Positions 1 through 12,726 are shown, counted from the stretch's first letter. The stretch: 64,000 bases of DNA from Candidatus Multivorans sp. (GCA_965247095.1 OZ251997.1:4064001-4128000), one strand, 5' to 3'. Program-made: numbers and translations. The notes: generated by a model not told the origin, from the sequence alone.

Positions 1-1121
1 TCGTCCTCGCGCCGTTGCGGCTCGAAGCCGAGCCAGTAGTAGGAGCGGGTGTCCGCGACGACTCGGGACAGCGCCGTATCCCGCTGCGCCACGAGCATCG
101 GCACACCACCGGTTGAGGCTGCCAACTGCTGCAGGGTACTCCGCAGGTTGCCAGACCGTTCCCCAGAGCCCATCGTCGCGGCGCGCACGTCCACCGGATA
201 GAGCGCGAAGCCGACCAGGTTCGCCGTCGACGCCAGGGGGCCGTACAGGTCGTCCTCACTGGCCACCCTGTGGTCGATCGCTTCGGTGTCATCCAACGGC
301 GGCCGCCCCAAAGTGTAGACCTTGGGGGACCACGGCCAGCCGCCGGCGAGCAGCAGCATCACGTTGCGGCCGGACCGATCGGTGAATCTGCGCATCGTTG
401 CCACCGCCGCCAGCACCGAGCGCTCCAACTGGTCGCTCAGCTTCTCCTCGTAGAAGATCTCCGCCCTGGACGCGAGACGTCTCACGTCTGCTCTGGGTCC
501 CAGGCTTTCCTCCAACTGGGAAACCGACTCCCTGTCGCTATCGACCATTCTCAGTTCGCTTCGCCGCCGCAGGCCGTAGGCGGGCCGTGCACGCGCCCGG
601 TCGAGTGCTTCCCGTAACCGGTTCGCCGAGTTCGTCCAGGTGGTCAGGGTCTCCACCCTGTTGCCGTCGAAGGCGACAGCGGCCACCCGGTCGGCCGGGC
701 CCAACTCGCCAAGGTCTTGCTCGAGGCGGTCGAGCACCCTGTTCCGATCGCGCTCGATGGAGAACAGATCGTCGATGTAGATCAGGAAGTTCGTGGCGGC
801 CGGGGCCTTCGGATCCAGACTCGGCACCCCTGCCACGTCGCCGTCCGCCGCATCCAGAGCAAAGCCGTCCTCGATCGCCGTGAAGTAGTCGATCGGCGTC
901 GGCTCGCCGTCGACCAGGAGTTCGAAGTCCGAGGCATTCAAGCCGTGGACGCGGTGTCCCTTCCTGTCCGCGACGACGACCTCGATGTTCACGACCCGGA
1001 CATCGACGACTTCCGAGAACACCTCCGGCAGAGCCGGCTGCTGGGCTGACGCCGCGGTGCCGAGCAGCACCAGGGCGAGGAGAATCCAGGTGGTCCCGAA
1101 GGTCCAATGGCGCCACTTCAT
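1..1121 (-). CDS. Secreted VWA domain-containing protein (Acidobacterial VWFA-related), 3' end runs off the window
   Basis: Manual translation from ATG at 1121: MKWRHWTFGTTWILLALVLLGTAASAQQPALPEVFSEVVDVRVVNIEVVV...FLIYIDDLFS...RNVMLLLAGGWP...DTRSYYWLGFEPQRRED. Open to the window edge and collinear with 1164..2888. Missing from the ORF track because it has no stop in the window. Confidence 0.85.
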   Translation of the reverse strand, partial: MKWRHWTFGTTWILLALVLLGTAASAQQPALPEVFSEVVDVRVVNIEVVVADRKGHRVHGLNASDFELLVDGEPTPIDYFTAIEDGFALDAADGDVAGVPSLDPKAPAATNFLIYIDDLFSIERDRNRVLDRLEQDLGELGPADRVAAVAFDGNRVETLTTWTNSANRLREALDRARARPAYGLRRRSELRMVDSDRESVSQLEESLGPRADVRRLASRAEIFYEEKLSDQLERSVLAAVATMRRFTDRSGRNVMLLLAGGWPWSPKVYTLGRPPLDDTEAIDHRVASEDDLYGPLASTANLVGFALYPVDVRAATMGSGERSGNLRSTLQQLAASTGGVPMLVAQRDTALSRVVADTRSYYWLGFEPQRRED

Positions 1122-1163
1122 GGCCGTTGCCCGTCTCCGCAGCCTGCCACTTGGGGACGAGTC

Positions 1164-2859
1164 CTAGTTCGGACCGATCACTCCAGTCCAGGTCAGGTTC
1201 GTTCCCGTCAAGGGGTCGTGTACCGTCATCACGAGCGAGTGCTCGCGCCGGCGGAGTTGCAGATCGGTCTGGTAGTAGAAAGTCTGTCCTGGCTGCGGCT
1301 CTTCGGTGCCGGCGATCGGGACCTTCTCGAACGATACTTCCGAGCGGTTGCCGCCCGAGTCCATCGCCGTCACGCGAATCTCCACCACGTTGAGCCATTC
1401 GTCGGCCACAGGCAGGAGCTGGATTTCGTCGAGGGGAATCGCCACCTCTACAGGCACCGACATCTTTCGCCGGCCGGCGGGAACCGGCTCCGAGAAGCGC
1501 ACCTGAAGCGGTAGAGCCTCGGGCGGATCGCCGAACAGCAGGGCGGCTCTCGCTGTCATATCGAGTTCGTGGTCGCGCGACATGTCCACGTAGCCCTCGC
1601 GTGTGCGAGCGTCGAGGTCCGCTCGGCCTACCAACTGCACCGCGATCTCATGGAACCTGTTGTCCTCGCGCCGTTGGGGCTCGAAACCGAGCCAGTAGTA
1701 CGAGCGGGTGTCCGCGACCACGCTCGCCAACGCGACATCCCGGCGCGCGTTCATCAGCGGCACGCCTCCGGTCGAGTGAGCCAGGAGGTGCAGGGCGCTG
1801 TGGATGGTGTCTTCCTTTTCGAGCGTTCCCGGCGCCGCGCCGATCACGTCGGGCTCGGCGTTGGCGCCGAACCCTCTCGTTGCGTCGCCGTAGAAGTCTC
1901 TGGTGAGGCCCGGCAGGTCCACGGGGTAGAGCGAAAAGCCGATCAGGTTCGCGGTCGACACCAGCGGACCGTATAGCTCGTGCTCGCTCATGACTCGACG
2001 GTCGACGCGAAGGTTTCCTTCGGACAACCGCTCCCGGGCGTAGATCTCCACGGATCTTGGCCAGCCGCCGGCGAGCAGCAGCATCACCTTGCGGCCGGGC
2101 TGGTTGGCGAACCGGCGCATGGTGGCCATCGCCGCCAGTACGGAACTCTCCAACTGGTTGCCCAACGATTCCGTATAGGCGACGTCCATTCGGAGGGTGG
2201 TGTCGCTAAAGCCCGATGCGACCTGCGGGGCCGATCCAAGGAGTCCGCTTTGATCCCTGCCCGCCTGGTGATCGGCGAGCACTTGTCGGTCTTGAGTGAC
2301 CTGCCTCCGTGCCGACAGTTGCTGCAGACCGTCGGACGGCCGGGAGCGGGCTCGGTCCAGCGCGTCTTCGAACTGGTCTGCGGAGTTCGTCCACGGCGTC
2401 AGGATCTCCGCGGTTTGGCCGTCGTAGGCCACGGCGGCGACCCGGTCCGCTGGACCGAGTTCGCCAAGGTCGTCCCTCAGGCGGTCGAGCACCCTGTTCC
2501 GGTCGTGTTCGAAGGAGAAGAGGTCGTCGATGAAGATGAGGAAGTTCGTGCCCACCGGCGCGTTCAGGTCCAGGCTCGGCACCCCGTCCACACCACCAGC
2601 CGTCCCATCCCGAGCAAAGCCGTCCTCGATCTCCGTGAAGTAGGCGATCGGGGTCGGTTCACCGTCGACCAGGAGTTCGAAGTCCGACGGTCTCAGGCCC
2701 TGGACGCGGTTCCCCGCTCGGTCGGTAACGACGACCTCGACGTTCACCACCCGGACGTCGATCACCTCCGAGAAGACGGCGGGCACGTCTTGCTGCTGAG
2801 CCGGCGCCGCGGCTGCCAGCAACACCAGGCCGGCGAGAATCCAGCGAGGCTTGTGGCCC

Positions 2860-2888
<29 letters not shown>
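1164..2888 (-). CDS. Secreted VWA domain-containing protein (Acidobacterial VWFA-related)
   Basis: Signal peptide, then FSEVIDVRVVNVEVVVTDRAGNRVQGL..DFELLVDG, GRKVMLLL, LAHSTGG, SYYWLGF..RTREGY. An alternative GTG start at 2870 is possible. Confidence 0.85.
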
Positions 2889-3918
<1,030 letters not shown>

Positions 3919-3925
3919 CTCTACC

Positions 3926-5791
3926 TCAAGCCTCTGCCATTCGCTCAATTCGATGGAGGATTTCGTCCCGCGTGAAGGGCTTGCCCTCGACCTTGGAGAA
4001 GGTCTCGATGTCCTTCAGGTAGCGGGCCCGCAGGAGCAGCGCCAACTGACCGAGGTTCATCTCGGGCACCAGAACCCGCTCAAAGCGGTCGAGGATGTCG
4101 CCCAGGTTGCGGGGGAAGGGGTTGATGTGCCGGAGGTGGGCGCGACTGACCGTGAGGCCGTCCGTCCGCGCCTGGTTCACGGCTCCCGTGATCGCGCCCA
4201 GGGTGCTGCCCCAACCGAGGACGAGGAGCTTGCCGCTCTCGGGTCCGTCGACCTCGATGTCGGGAATGTCGCCCGCGATCCGCGCGATCTTTTCGGCTCG
4301 CAACCGCACCATGTGGTCGTGGTTGTCCGGCTCGTAGTTGACGTTGCCGGTGACATCCTCCTTCTCGAGACCGCCGATCCGGTGCTCGAGGCCGGGAGTG
4401 CCCGGAATCGCCCAGGGCCGGGCGAGGGTCTGCTGGTCGCGCATGTAGGGCAGGAAGCCCTCCGCGTCCTGGTGGAAGTCGACCCGAAGGTCGGGGAGTT
4501 CCTCGACCTGGGGGATGCGCCAGGGTTCGGAGCCGTTGGCGATGTAGCCGTCGGACAAGAGGATGACGGGTGTCATGTAGGTCGTCGCCATGCGGACCGC
4601 TTCGAGCGCGGTGTCGAAGCAGTCGGCGGGCGAGGCGGCCGCGATCACCGGTACGGGCGATTCGTTGTTGCGCCCGAACATGACCTGCAGCAGGTCCGCC
4701 TGCTCGGTCTTCGTCGGCAGGCCGGTCGACGGCCCCCCGCGCTGGATGTCGCAGATCACCAGGGGCAGCTCGACCATCACCGCCAGGTTGATTCCCTCGG
4801 CCTTGAGCGCGATCCCGGGGCCGCTCGAACAACTGACGCCGAGGCTGCCGCCGAAGGAAGCGCCGATCGCGGAGCAGACGGCGGCGATCTCGTCCTCGGC
4901 CTGGTAGGTCACAACACCGAAGTGCTTGTAGGTCGCCAGTTCGTGGAGCACGTCGCTGGCGGGCGTGATCGGGTAGGCGCCGAGGAAGAGGGGCAGTCCG
5001 CTGCGGCGGCTTGCCGCGACCAGGCCGATGGCCAGCGCCGAGTTGCCGTGGATGCTGCGGTAGATGCCCGGCTCGAGCGGGGCCGGCTCCACGTCGTACC
5101 GGACCTGGAAGGCGTCCGTGATGTCGCAGAAGTTCCAGCCCGCCTTCATCACCTTGACGTTCGCCTCGGCGATCTCGGGCCGGCGCTTGAACTTGACCCG
5201 CAGCCAGTCGATCGTCCCTTCGAGCGGGCGGCTGAACAGCCAGTAGACCATGCCCAGGGCGAGGAAGTTCTTGCACCGGTCCTTCGAGCGGACGTCGAGC
5301 GGACTGTCCTCCAGGGCGCGCCGCGTCATCGTCGTCAGGCCGACCCGGTGGAGCCTGAAGGCGTTCAGGCTGTCGTCTTCGAGCGGATTCGACTCGTAGC
5401 CCGCCCGCTTCAGGTTGCGCGGGGTGAACTCGTCGGTGTTGACGATGATCACGCCGTTGTCGCGCAGGTCGCGGAGGTTGGCCTTGAGCGCCGCCGGGTT
5501 CATGGCGATCAGGACGTCCGGGGCGTCGCCCGGGGTGTGGATGTCGTGATCGGCGATTCGGACCTGGAAACCGGAAACGCCCGCCAGCGTGCCGGCCGGC
5601 GCCCGGATCTCGGCCGGGAAGTCCGGCAACGTGGACAGGTCGTTGCCGATCAGTGCCGACGTGTTCGTGAACTGCGTGCCGGTGAGCTGCATCCCGTCGC
5701 CGGAATCACCGGCGAAGCGGATCACGACATCGGAGACAGTTGCTTCGGAGGCTCTGCCGGCGGCCGCTTGCCCTGCGATCGGGAGGGTCAT
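3926..5791 (-). CDS. korA: 2-oxoacid:ferredoxin oxidoreductase alpha subunit (gamma-alpha fusion)
   Basis: RFAGDSGDGMQLTG, FPAEIRAP, YPITPAS, QAEDEIAA, SGPG, QRGGPSTGLPTK, EMNLGQL. Start trimmed to MTLPI at 5791. Confidence 0.93.
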   Translation of the reverse strand: MTLPIAGQAAAGRASEATVSDVVIRFAGDSGDGMQLTGTQFTNTSALIGNDLSTLPDFPAEIRAPAGTLAGVSGFQVRIADHDIHTPGDAPDVLIAMNPAALKANLRDLRDNGVIIVNTDEFTPRNLKRAGYESNPLEDDSLNAFRLHRVGLTTMTRRALEDSPLDVRSKDRCKNFLALGMVYWLFSRPLEGTIDWLRVKFKRRPEIAEANVKVMKAGWNFCDITDAFQVRYDVEPAPLEPGIYRSIHGNSALAIGLVAASRRSGLPLFLGAYPITPASDVLHELATYKHFGVVTYQAEDEIAAVCSAIGASFGGSLGVSCSSGPGIALKAEGINLAVMVELPLVICDIQRGGPSTGLPTKTEQADLLQVMFGRNNESPVPVIAAASPADCFDTALEAVRMATTYMTPVILLSDGYIANGSEPWRIPQVEELPDLRVDFHQDAEGFLPYMRDQQTLARPWAIPGTPGLEHRIGGLEKEDVTGNVNYEPDNHDHMVRLRAEKIARIAGDIPDIEVDGPESGKLLVLGWGSTLGAITGAVNQARTDGLTVSRAHLRHINPFPRNLGDILDRFERVLVPEMNLGQLALLLRARYLKDIETFSKVEGKPFTRDEILHRIERMAEA

Positions 5792-5938
5792 GTTCGTCTC
5801 TTGCGATGTGGACGCGAGGCGTTCTTGGACGCGGGCCGAGGCCACTGCCACGCCTGCGGGCGGTCCGAAATCCGTCCGCGGGAAGTGAGGGCGCAGATAG
5901 TACCATGACGCTGCCCCGCGCGTTGGCGAGAACTTCCA

Positions 5939-7999
5939 GTGCCTAGTCGCGAGAACACAACGAGTCCAAGGAGGCCTTGGCGTCGAGCCGCCTGGCTGTT
6001 GGGGCTGCTTCTCGCTCTGGGACTGTCGAGCGTCACCCTCTCGCTCGACGCGCCGCTGGTGCTGGACCTGCTGGCCGGGACCGTCGCCAGCGTGGCGGGA
6101 CTCGTCATCGCGTGGGTGGTCTTCGTCTGGTTGCAGCGCCGGTTGCTGTGGCGGGTCGGACGCCGGTTGGCCTTCAGCTACGTGTTGCTGGGCCTGCTGC
6201 CCTTCCTGCTCAACCTGGTGCTGGTGATCGTCGCCGCCTACCTGCTGTCCGGGTTCTTCCTCGGCCACCTGTACCGGGACGCGGCCATCGGCCTCCACGA
6301 GGAACTGGACGCGGTGTCCGCGTTCCTCATCCAGCCGCTCGAAATGGGGCTCCTCGACCCGTCCCGTCTACCCACGACGGTGGGCGGCGCCGCGCTGGCG
6401 TACTACCAGGGCGACATTCGCGTGGCCGGAGACCCGCGGGCCCCGGATTCCTTTCCGGCATGGCTGGAGGCCGCGGACGAATTCGATGGTGAGCGGCGGC
6501 GGAGCAGGGTTCCGCAGTTGGTCGTGCTGCCCGACGGCTCGGCGACGCTGGCCGCCGCTTTTGGCCGCGGGACATCCGCCGTGGTGGCCTTCTACGATCC
6601 CGAGGCCGGGGGCCTGCTGGAACGGGAGTTGAGCCGCCGAAGCGATGTCTGGACGCGGCTCCGGCGCCAGGGCGAGACGGACGGCACGGAGACGACGGTC
6701 CAGATCCTCGACACCCAGTTCGTGCTCCAGCCGCTGGCGCGGACCCGTGGCGGCGCCGAACGCGAGGCGTTCTTCGAGTCCCTCGGCGCCAGTTCGCCGC
6801 TCAGCATCGTCGGCGTCGAAATGGCCGGACCGCTGTACGCCTTCGCCAGCGGCGAACCGGTCTCGCCGCCGGTGTCGGCGTCGCTCGCCGCGACCCAGCG
6901 GATCGTTTTTCGACACCTGTTCTCGTCATCGGCCCAGGTCGACGGTCTCGGCTGGATCGCGTTCGGCGTCGCGGCTTTCCTGCTCTTCGACGTCTTCATC
7001 GCGGCGACGGTCATGGCCATGTTCATGATCCTGGGGCTGAGCCGCGCCGTGAACCGGTTGAGCGCGGCGACCGGGGCGCTGCAGGCGGGCGACTTCTCGG
7101 CCCGCATCCCGGTGCGGCGCCGGGATCAGATCGGCGCGCTGCAGACCTCCTTCAACGAGATGGCGCGGAGCCTCGAGGGCCTGGTCGCCGAGCGAGCCGC
7201 GAAGCACGCGCTCGAGCAGGAACTCGAGATTGCCCGCGAGGTCCAGAAGAGCCTGATTCCGGGAAGCAGCCTGCAGGCGGAGGGGGTCGAGTTCGCCACC
7301 TACTTCGAGCCCTCCGCGGCGATCGGCGGCGACTACTTCGACATCGTTCGGTTGCCCGGAGAGGATGGCGGCGAGAGCGATCGCCTGGCGGTGGTGATCG
7401 CGGACGTGGCGGGTCACGGTCTCTCGGCGGGTCTGCGCATGGCGATGCTCAAGGCGGGGCTGCTGACCCTGGTCGATGAGGGCAAGCCACCCCGGGAGAT
7501 CCTGTCGGCCCTGGATCGACTGGTGCGTTCGGGCGGCGACCGCACCTTCGTGACCGCGAGTCTGTCCCTGGTCGATCTGAAGGCGGGCGTCGTCGACATC
7601 ACGAACGCGGGCCATCCGCCGGCGTACCTACTGCGGCGGAACGAAGTCGAGGAGATTCTGCTGCCGGGGACCCCGCTCGGCGCGCTCGGCGAGGACTACG
7701 GCTTCCGGCGTATCGAGCTGCAGCCGGGTGATGTCCTCGTTTGGCTTTCCGACGGCTTCATCGAAGCCGTGGGCCGCGACGGTGAGCCGTTCGGCTACGA
7801 CCGGACCAGGACTTCGCTCCTGGGACCCGCAGCCAACGCCAAGGAGGTGTGCGACCGCATCCTGGCGAAGATGAGGCGCCATACCGACGGCGTCGGCGCC
7901 GAGGACGATCTGACCCTGGTCGTCATGCGCTACCAACCGGAAGCAGCCGCGGCAGAGAACCCCGCCGGCCCGGAGCTCATGACCGCGGCCGGCGCCTGA
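5939..7999 (+). CDS. Membrane HAMP + SpoIIE/RsbU-type PP2C phosphatase
   Basis: TM segments, HAMP (GDFSARIPVRRRDQIGAL..FNEM), AREVQKSL, GGDYFD, DVAGHG, NAGH, SDGFIE, DDLT. Confidence 0.9.
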   Translation: MPSRENTTSPRRPWRRAAWLLGLLLALGLSSVTLSLDAPLVLDLLAGTVASVAGLVIAWVVFVWLQRRLLWRVGRRLAFSYVLLGLLPFLLNLVLVIVAAYLLSGFFLGHLYRDAAIGLHEELDAVSAFLIQPLEMGLLDPSRLPTTVGGAALAYYQGDIRVAGDPRAPDSFPAWLEAADEFDGERRRSRVPQLVVLPDGSATLAAAFGRGTSAVVAFYDPEAGGLLERELSRRSDVWTRLRRQGETDGTETTVQILDTQFVLQPLARTRGGAEREAFFESLGASSPLSIVGVEMAGPLYAFASGEPVSPPVSASLAATQRIVFRHLFSSSAQVDGLGWIAFGVAAFLLFDVFIAATVMAMFMILGLSRAVNRLSAATGALQAGDFSARIPVRRRDQIGALQTSFNEMARSLEGLVAERAAKHALEQELEIAREVQKSLIPGSSLQAEGVEFATYFEPSAAIGGDYFDIVRLPGEDGGESDRLAVVIADVAGHGLSAGLRMAMLKAGLLTLVDEGKPPREILSALDRLVRSGGDRTFVTASLSLVDLKAGVVDITNAGHPPAYLLRRNEVEEILLPGTPLGALGEDYGFRRIELQPGDVLVWLSDGFIEAVGRDGEPFGYDRTRTSLLGPAANAKEVCDRILAKMRRHTDGVGAEDDLTLVVMRYQPEAAAAENPAGPELMTAAGA

Positions 8000-8011
8000 C
8001 GGGGGCTGCGT

Positions 8012-8701
8012 GTGAGCGTCGCCTTGCGGGCCGCCGCGGTGGTCCTGGTTCTGGTCCTTTGCGCCTCCGCGGCCGGGGCGGAACTGGCCGTTCTGACCAA
8101 CGGTTACCGGTACAAGGTGACGGCGTGGGAGCTCCTCGAGGGGCGGGGCACGAGCGCCGAGCGCATCCGGCTGACCCTGGAGAACGGCGGTTCCGTCACC
8201 CTGCCGCTGATGCGGATCGAGCGCATCGTCGACGACGAGATCGGCGAGGAGCCCCTTCCCGAGCCGCCGTCGGAGGCCGGCTTCTCGCTCGCCTACAGGC
8301 TCGGACAGACGGCGCCGGCCGTTCCCTACGGCGAGCTGTTCCTCGAGATCGGCCGCGAGCATGAACTGAACCCCGATCTCCTGGCGGCGATGGCGCGCGC
8401 GGAGTCGGCCTACGATCCCGGCGCCATGTCGTCGAAGGGCGCCCGCGGTCTGCTGCAACTCATGCCGGCGACCGCCGAACGCTTCGGCGTTTCGCCGGGC
8501 GAGCTCTACGACCCCGCCCGCAACGTGCTCGCCGCGGCCCGCTACCTGACCTGGCTGCGCCGGCGGTTCGAGGACGACCTGCCGCGCGTGCTGGCCGGCT
8601 ACAACGCCGGCGAAGGCGCCGTCGACGCCCACGACGGGGTGCCGCCGTACCGGGAGACGGTGAACTTCATCGGCCGCGTCTACGGCTTCCTGGGCCTGTA
8701 G
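8012..8701 (+). CDS. Lytic transglycosylase (SLT domain)
   Basis: Signal peptide; AES catalytic Glu, GARGLLQLMPATA, YNAGEG, PPYRET. Confidence 0.9.
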   Translation: MSVALRAAAVVLVLVLCASAAGAELAVLTNGYRYKVTAWELLEGRGTSAERIRLTLENGGSVTLPLMRIERIVDDEIGEEPLPEPPSEAGFSLAYRLGQTAPAVPYGELFLEIGREHELNPDLLAAMARAESAYDPGAMSSKGARGLLQLMPATAERFGVSPGELYDPARNVLAAARYLTWLRRRFEDDLPRVLAGYNAGEGAVDAHDGVPPYRETVNFIGRVYGFLGL

Positions 8702-8715
8702 GAGGGGGCTGCCCG

Positions 8716-9642
<927 letters not shown>

Positions 9643-9767
9643 TTGTATAGCGAATAATCTATCAGTGCGGACGGATCCCTGAACGCAGGTTCCTCCGGCT
9701 CGAGGAACGCGGGCGTCTCGCCAGCATCTGCCGACCGTCGGCTGACCGGGCGCGCTACGATTCGACG

Positions 9768-11420
9768 ATGACAAGACGAAACCTGCTACTCGCATTCTCC
9801 CTGCTCTTTGTACTTGCGGCCTGCGGCCAACCCGACCTCCCGACACGACTCGACACCTGGCTCGCCGACCTCTCAGACGACGCCATGGAGGGTCGCGGCC
9901 CCGGCACTGCCGGTGATGTCGCCGCGCGCCAGTACATTGCCGACGCGATGGCGGACATGGGCATCGAGCCGGCGGCCGCGGACGGTAGCTGGGAGCAGCC
10001 GTTCGACATCGTCGGCATCAACGCCACGGTGCCCGAGACCTGGACCTTCGAGACGGGCGGCGGCGACAGCGTCGAGTTCGCGTTCTGGGACGAGTTCATC
10101 GCCGGCAGCGGCGTGCAGTCGGAGCAGGCGGTGGTCGAGGACGCCGAGGTCGTGTTCGTCGGCTACGGCATCCAGGCGCCGGAGTACGGCTGGGACGACT
10201 ACGGCGACGCCGACCTCGCCGGCAAGGTGCTGGTCATGCTGAACAATGATCCGGACTGGGATCCGGACCTGTTCGAAGGCGACCGCCGGCTCTACTACGG
10301 CCGCTGGACCTACAAGTACGAGAGCGCCGCGGCCCAGGGCGCGGCCGGCGCGATCATCATCCACACCACGCCCTCGGCCGGCTATCCCTTCCAGGTGGTC
10401 CAGACGTCCTGGACGGGTCCCCAGTTCGAACTGCCCGCCGAGGGCGAACCGCGCTCACAGATCAACGCCTGGTTGACGGAGGAGGCGGCCCGGCGCCTGT
10501 TCGACCTGGCCGATGTCGACTACGACCAGACCCTGGAGTCGGCCAGGAGCGCCGGCTTCGAACCCGTGCCGCTTGGTGTCATGACAAGCCTGGCGCTCGA
10601 GAACATCGTGACCAGCGAGCAGACGGCCAACGTGCTCGGCGGCCTGCCCGGCAGCGACCCGGACCTGGCCGACGAGTGGATCGTCTTCACCGCCCACCAC
10701 GATCATCTGGGCGTCTCGCCCGACGAGAGCCTGGAAGATCGCATCTACAACGGCGCCCTCGACAACGCGGCCGGCGTCGCCCAGGTGCTCGCGATCGCCA
10801 GGGAACTCGCCGCCCAGGAACCGGGACCGAGCCGCTCCGTCCTGTTCGCCTTCGTGGGCGCCGAGGAGCAGGGCCTGCTCGGCTCCGAGTACTACGCCGC
10901 CCACCCGACCGTGCCGCCCGGCAAGATGGCCGCGAACATCAACTACGACGGCGGCAACCAGTGGGGCCCCACCCGTGACGTGACCTACATCGGCTACGGC
11001 AAGTCGAGCCTCGACGCCGTGGTCGAAGCGGCAGCAGCCGACCAGGGCCGCACGGTGCTGCCCGACCAGTTCCCGGCCAACGGCTACTTCTACCGTTCGG
11101 ACCAGTTGAACTTCGCCCGCATCGGCGTGCCGGCGATCTACCTCGACAACGGCACCGACTTCGTCGACCGACCGGAGGGCTGGGGCCGTGAGCAGTTGGA
11201 GGCCTGGACCGAGAACGTCTACCACCAGCAATCGGACGAGTACCAGCCGCTGAACGAGGAAGGCGAGGGCTGGAACCTCGAGGGCATGGTCGAAGACGTC
11301 GAGCTCGGCCTCGCCTGCGCCCGCGCCATTGCCGAGAACCCCGAACTCCCGTCCTGGAACCCCGGCGACGAGTTCGAAGCCGCAAGGCTGGCGGCGCTCG
11401 CCGCCGCGGCGGGCGAGTAG
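9768..11420 (+). CDS. M28-family peptidase lipoprotein with PA domain
   Basis: Lipobox LAAC; MEGRGPGT, AHHDHLG, NGALDNAAG, AEEQGLLGS, RSD, YHQ zinc-binding motifs. Confidence 0.9.
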   Translation: MTRRNLLLAFSLLFVLAACGQPDLPTRLDTWLADLSDDAMEGRGPGTAGDVAARQYIADAMADMGIEPAAADGSWEQPFDIVGINATVPETWTFETGGGDSVEFAFWDEFIAGSGVQSEQAVVEDAEVVFVGYGIQAPEYGWDDYGDADLAGKVLVMLNNDPDWDPDLFEGDRRLYYGRWTYKYESAAAQGAAGAIIIHTTPSAGYPFQVVQTSWTGPQFELPAEGEPRSQINAWLTEEAARRLFDLADVDYDQTLESARSAGFEPVPLGVMTSLALENIVTSEQTANVLGGLPGSDPDLADEWIVFTAHHDHLGVSPDESLEDRIYNGALDNAAGVAQVLAIARELAAQEPGPSRSVLFAFVGAEEQGLLGSEYYAAHPTVPPGKMAANINYDGGNQWGPTRDVTYIGYGKSSLDAVVEAAAADQGRTVLPDQFPANGYFYRSDQLNFARIGVPAIYLDNGTDFVDRPEGWGREQLEAWTENVYHQQSDEYQPLNEEGEGWNLEGMVEDVELGLACARAIAENPELPSWNPGDEFEAARLAALAAAAGE

Positions 11421-11474
11421 AGGGCGGTGTGCGCGGCACGGGCATCGTCATGGGCGTCGGACGCACCCGCCTGT

Positions 11475-11638
11475 GCCGGATCCGGAGGGGAGGCTCCCAG
11501 CGGTCGTTCGCGCTCAGTCGGATGGTGGGAGGTGGGCACTCACTTCACTCCGCTCGCTTCGGTTTGGTCTCGGCCGATGAAAGGTCGTCGGGCGTCGCTC
11601 GCTTCGAGCCCGCTGGGACCCTCCCCTCCAGACCCGGC
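11475..11638. repeat. MITE-like element with 29 bp imperfect terminal inverted repeats
   Basis: 11475-11503 GCCGGATCCGGAGGGGAGGCTCCCAGCGG matches the reverse complement of 11610-11638 with 3 mismatches; internal CGCTCGCTTCG occurs twice. Confidence 0.65.
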
Positions 11639-11709
11639 TTGGGCTGGACGTCGCCGGGCAGCCAGATCCACGCACACTCACGACCGACTCGACGTGTTCC
11701 CGACCGAGG

Positions 11710-11818
11710 CTAGGTGCTTGTGCCGCGGAACGCCAGGAAGCGTGGGCATCCTGCCCGCATCCGGCGCGAAGAGCTGCCTCTGGCCTGGGAACGCGGGCGT
11801 CTCGCCCGCATCCGGCGT
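11710..11818. repeat. CTAG-started MITE/REP family copy with two GCGGGC-N4-GCCCGC-type hairpins
   Basis: CTAGGTGCTTG..., GGGCATCCTGCCCGCATCCGGCGCGAAG and CCTGGGAACGCGGGCGTCTCGCCCGCATCCGGCG; the same modules occur at 42035-42133 and 44524-44686. Confidence 0.75.
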
Positions 11819-11850
11819 GCTACCGGCTGATCAACAAGGAGAATCACCCG

Positions 11851-12090
11851 ATGACCGAAGCCCGAATTGCAGCCCGTGAGCCCGCCAAGATCGAGTTGGA
11901 GGCCGGCACCTACTTTTGGTGCCGTTGCGGCCAGTCGCAGAACCAACCGTTCTGCGACGGCTCCCACCGGGGGACGGAGTTCGAGCCCATCCGCTTCACG
12001 CTGGAGGCGGACCGCAGGGTCGCGCTCTGCCAGTGCAAGCGCAGCGGCAAGATGCCGCACTGCGACGGCAGCCACCGCTTCCTGGACTGA
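11851..12090 (+). CDS. CDGSH iron-sulfur domain protein (two CDGSH motifs)
   Basis: WCRCGQSQNQPFCDGSH and LCQCKRSGKMPHCDGSH; AGGAG RBS. Confidence 0.92.
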   Translation: MTEARIAAREPAKIELEAGTYFWCRCGQSQNQPFCDGSHRGTEFEPIRFTLEADRRVALCQCKRSGKMPHCDGSHRFLD

Positions 12091-12726
12091 GGGTGCCGCA
12101 GAGAGTCACGAACCTCGCAGACGCGGCCTGCTGCTGCCGAAGGGTCGGATTCCGTGAACCTCGGGGAGCCGATGCTCGGCCTTTAAGTGGTGGTGAGTTG
12201 GAGCGACCGGCGCCTTGCCCTTCGGCATCAAGACCCAGCTCCCAACCGAAGCGTCAGTCCGGGCCATCGCCGACTGCAGGTGCCTAGCGGTGGGGCGTGA
12301 TTGAGTAGTGTGGCCGCGGCCCCCAGAGAGAGGCTGCGCGGTGTTTACGGGCACCGGCCGCGCTTGAGTTAGGCGAGCGGGCCTGGCCGACCGAGTTCGT
12401 TCTGTGGTCGGCATTTCCCTCAATGCCGGCCGGATGGCGGACGATCGGACTCCCCTGACGGGAGCCCCTCATTGTCATCGGCAATTTCGGGCGAGTCGCC
12501 TCGTGGCGTACTCGCGGAGTCTCACCGATAAGCTGGCCCGTACCCGAACAAGGACGACCGCTGTTGCCTTCATCCTCACGAATGCCCGAAGCCTAGAGGG
12601 AGAGCGGTCGCTCCCGACCATTGTCCGGGAAAGCGTGGGGCGCGGAGCTCGAGTAAGTTTGGCGAGGGGGCTGTTCGATTGGATCGCCGGGGTGCTGCCG
12701 ACTGGGAAGCCGTTGTCCGGGGTTCC

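Noticed and set aside
240-360. Possible frameshift or pseudogene in the first VWA gene, since it is absent from the ORF track
   Set aside because: Manual translation stays in frame (…KVYTLGRPPLDDTEAIDHRVASEDDLYG…); the gene simply runs off the window edge.
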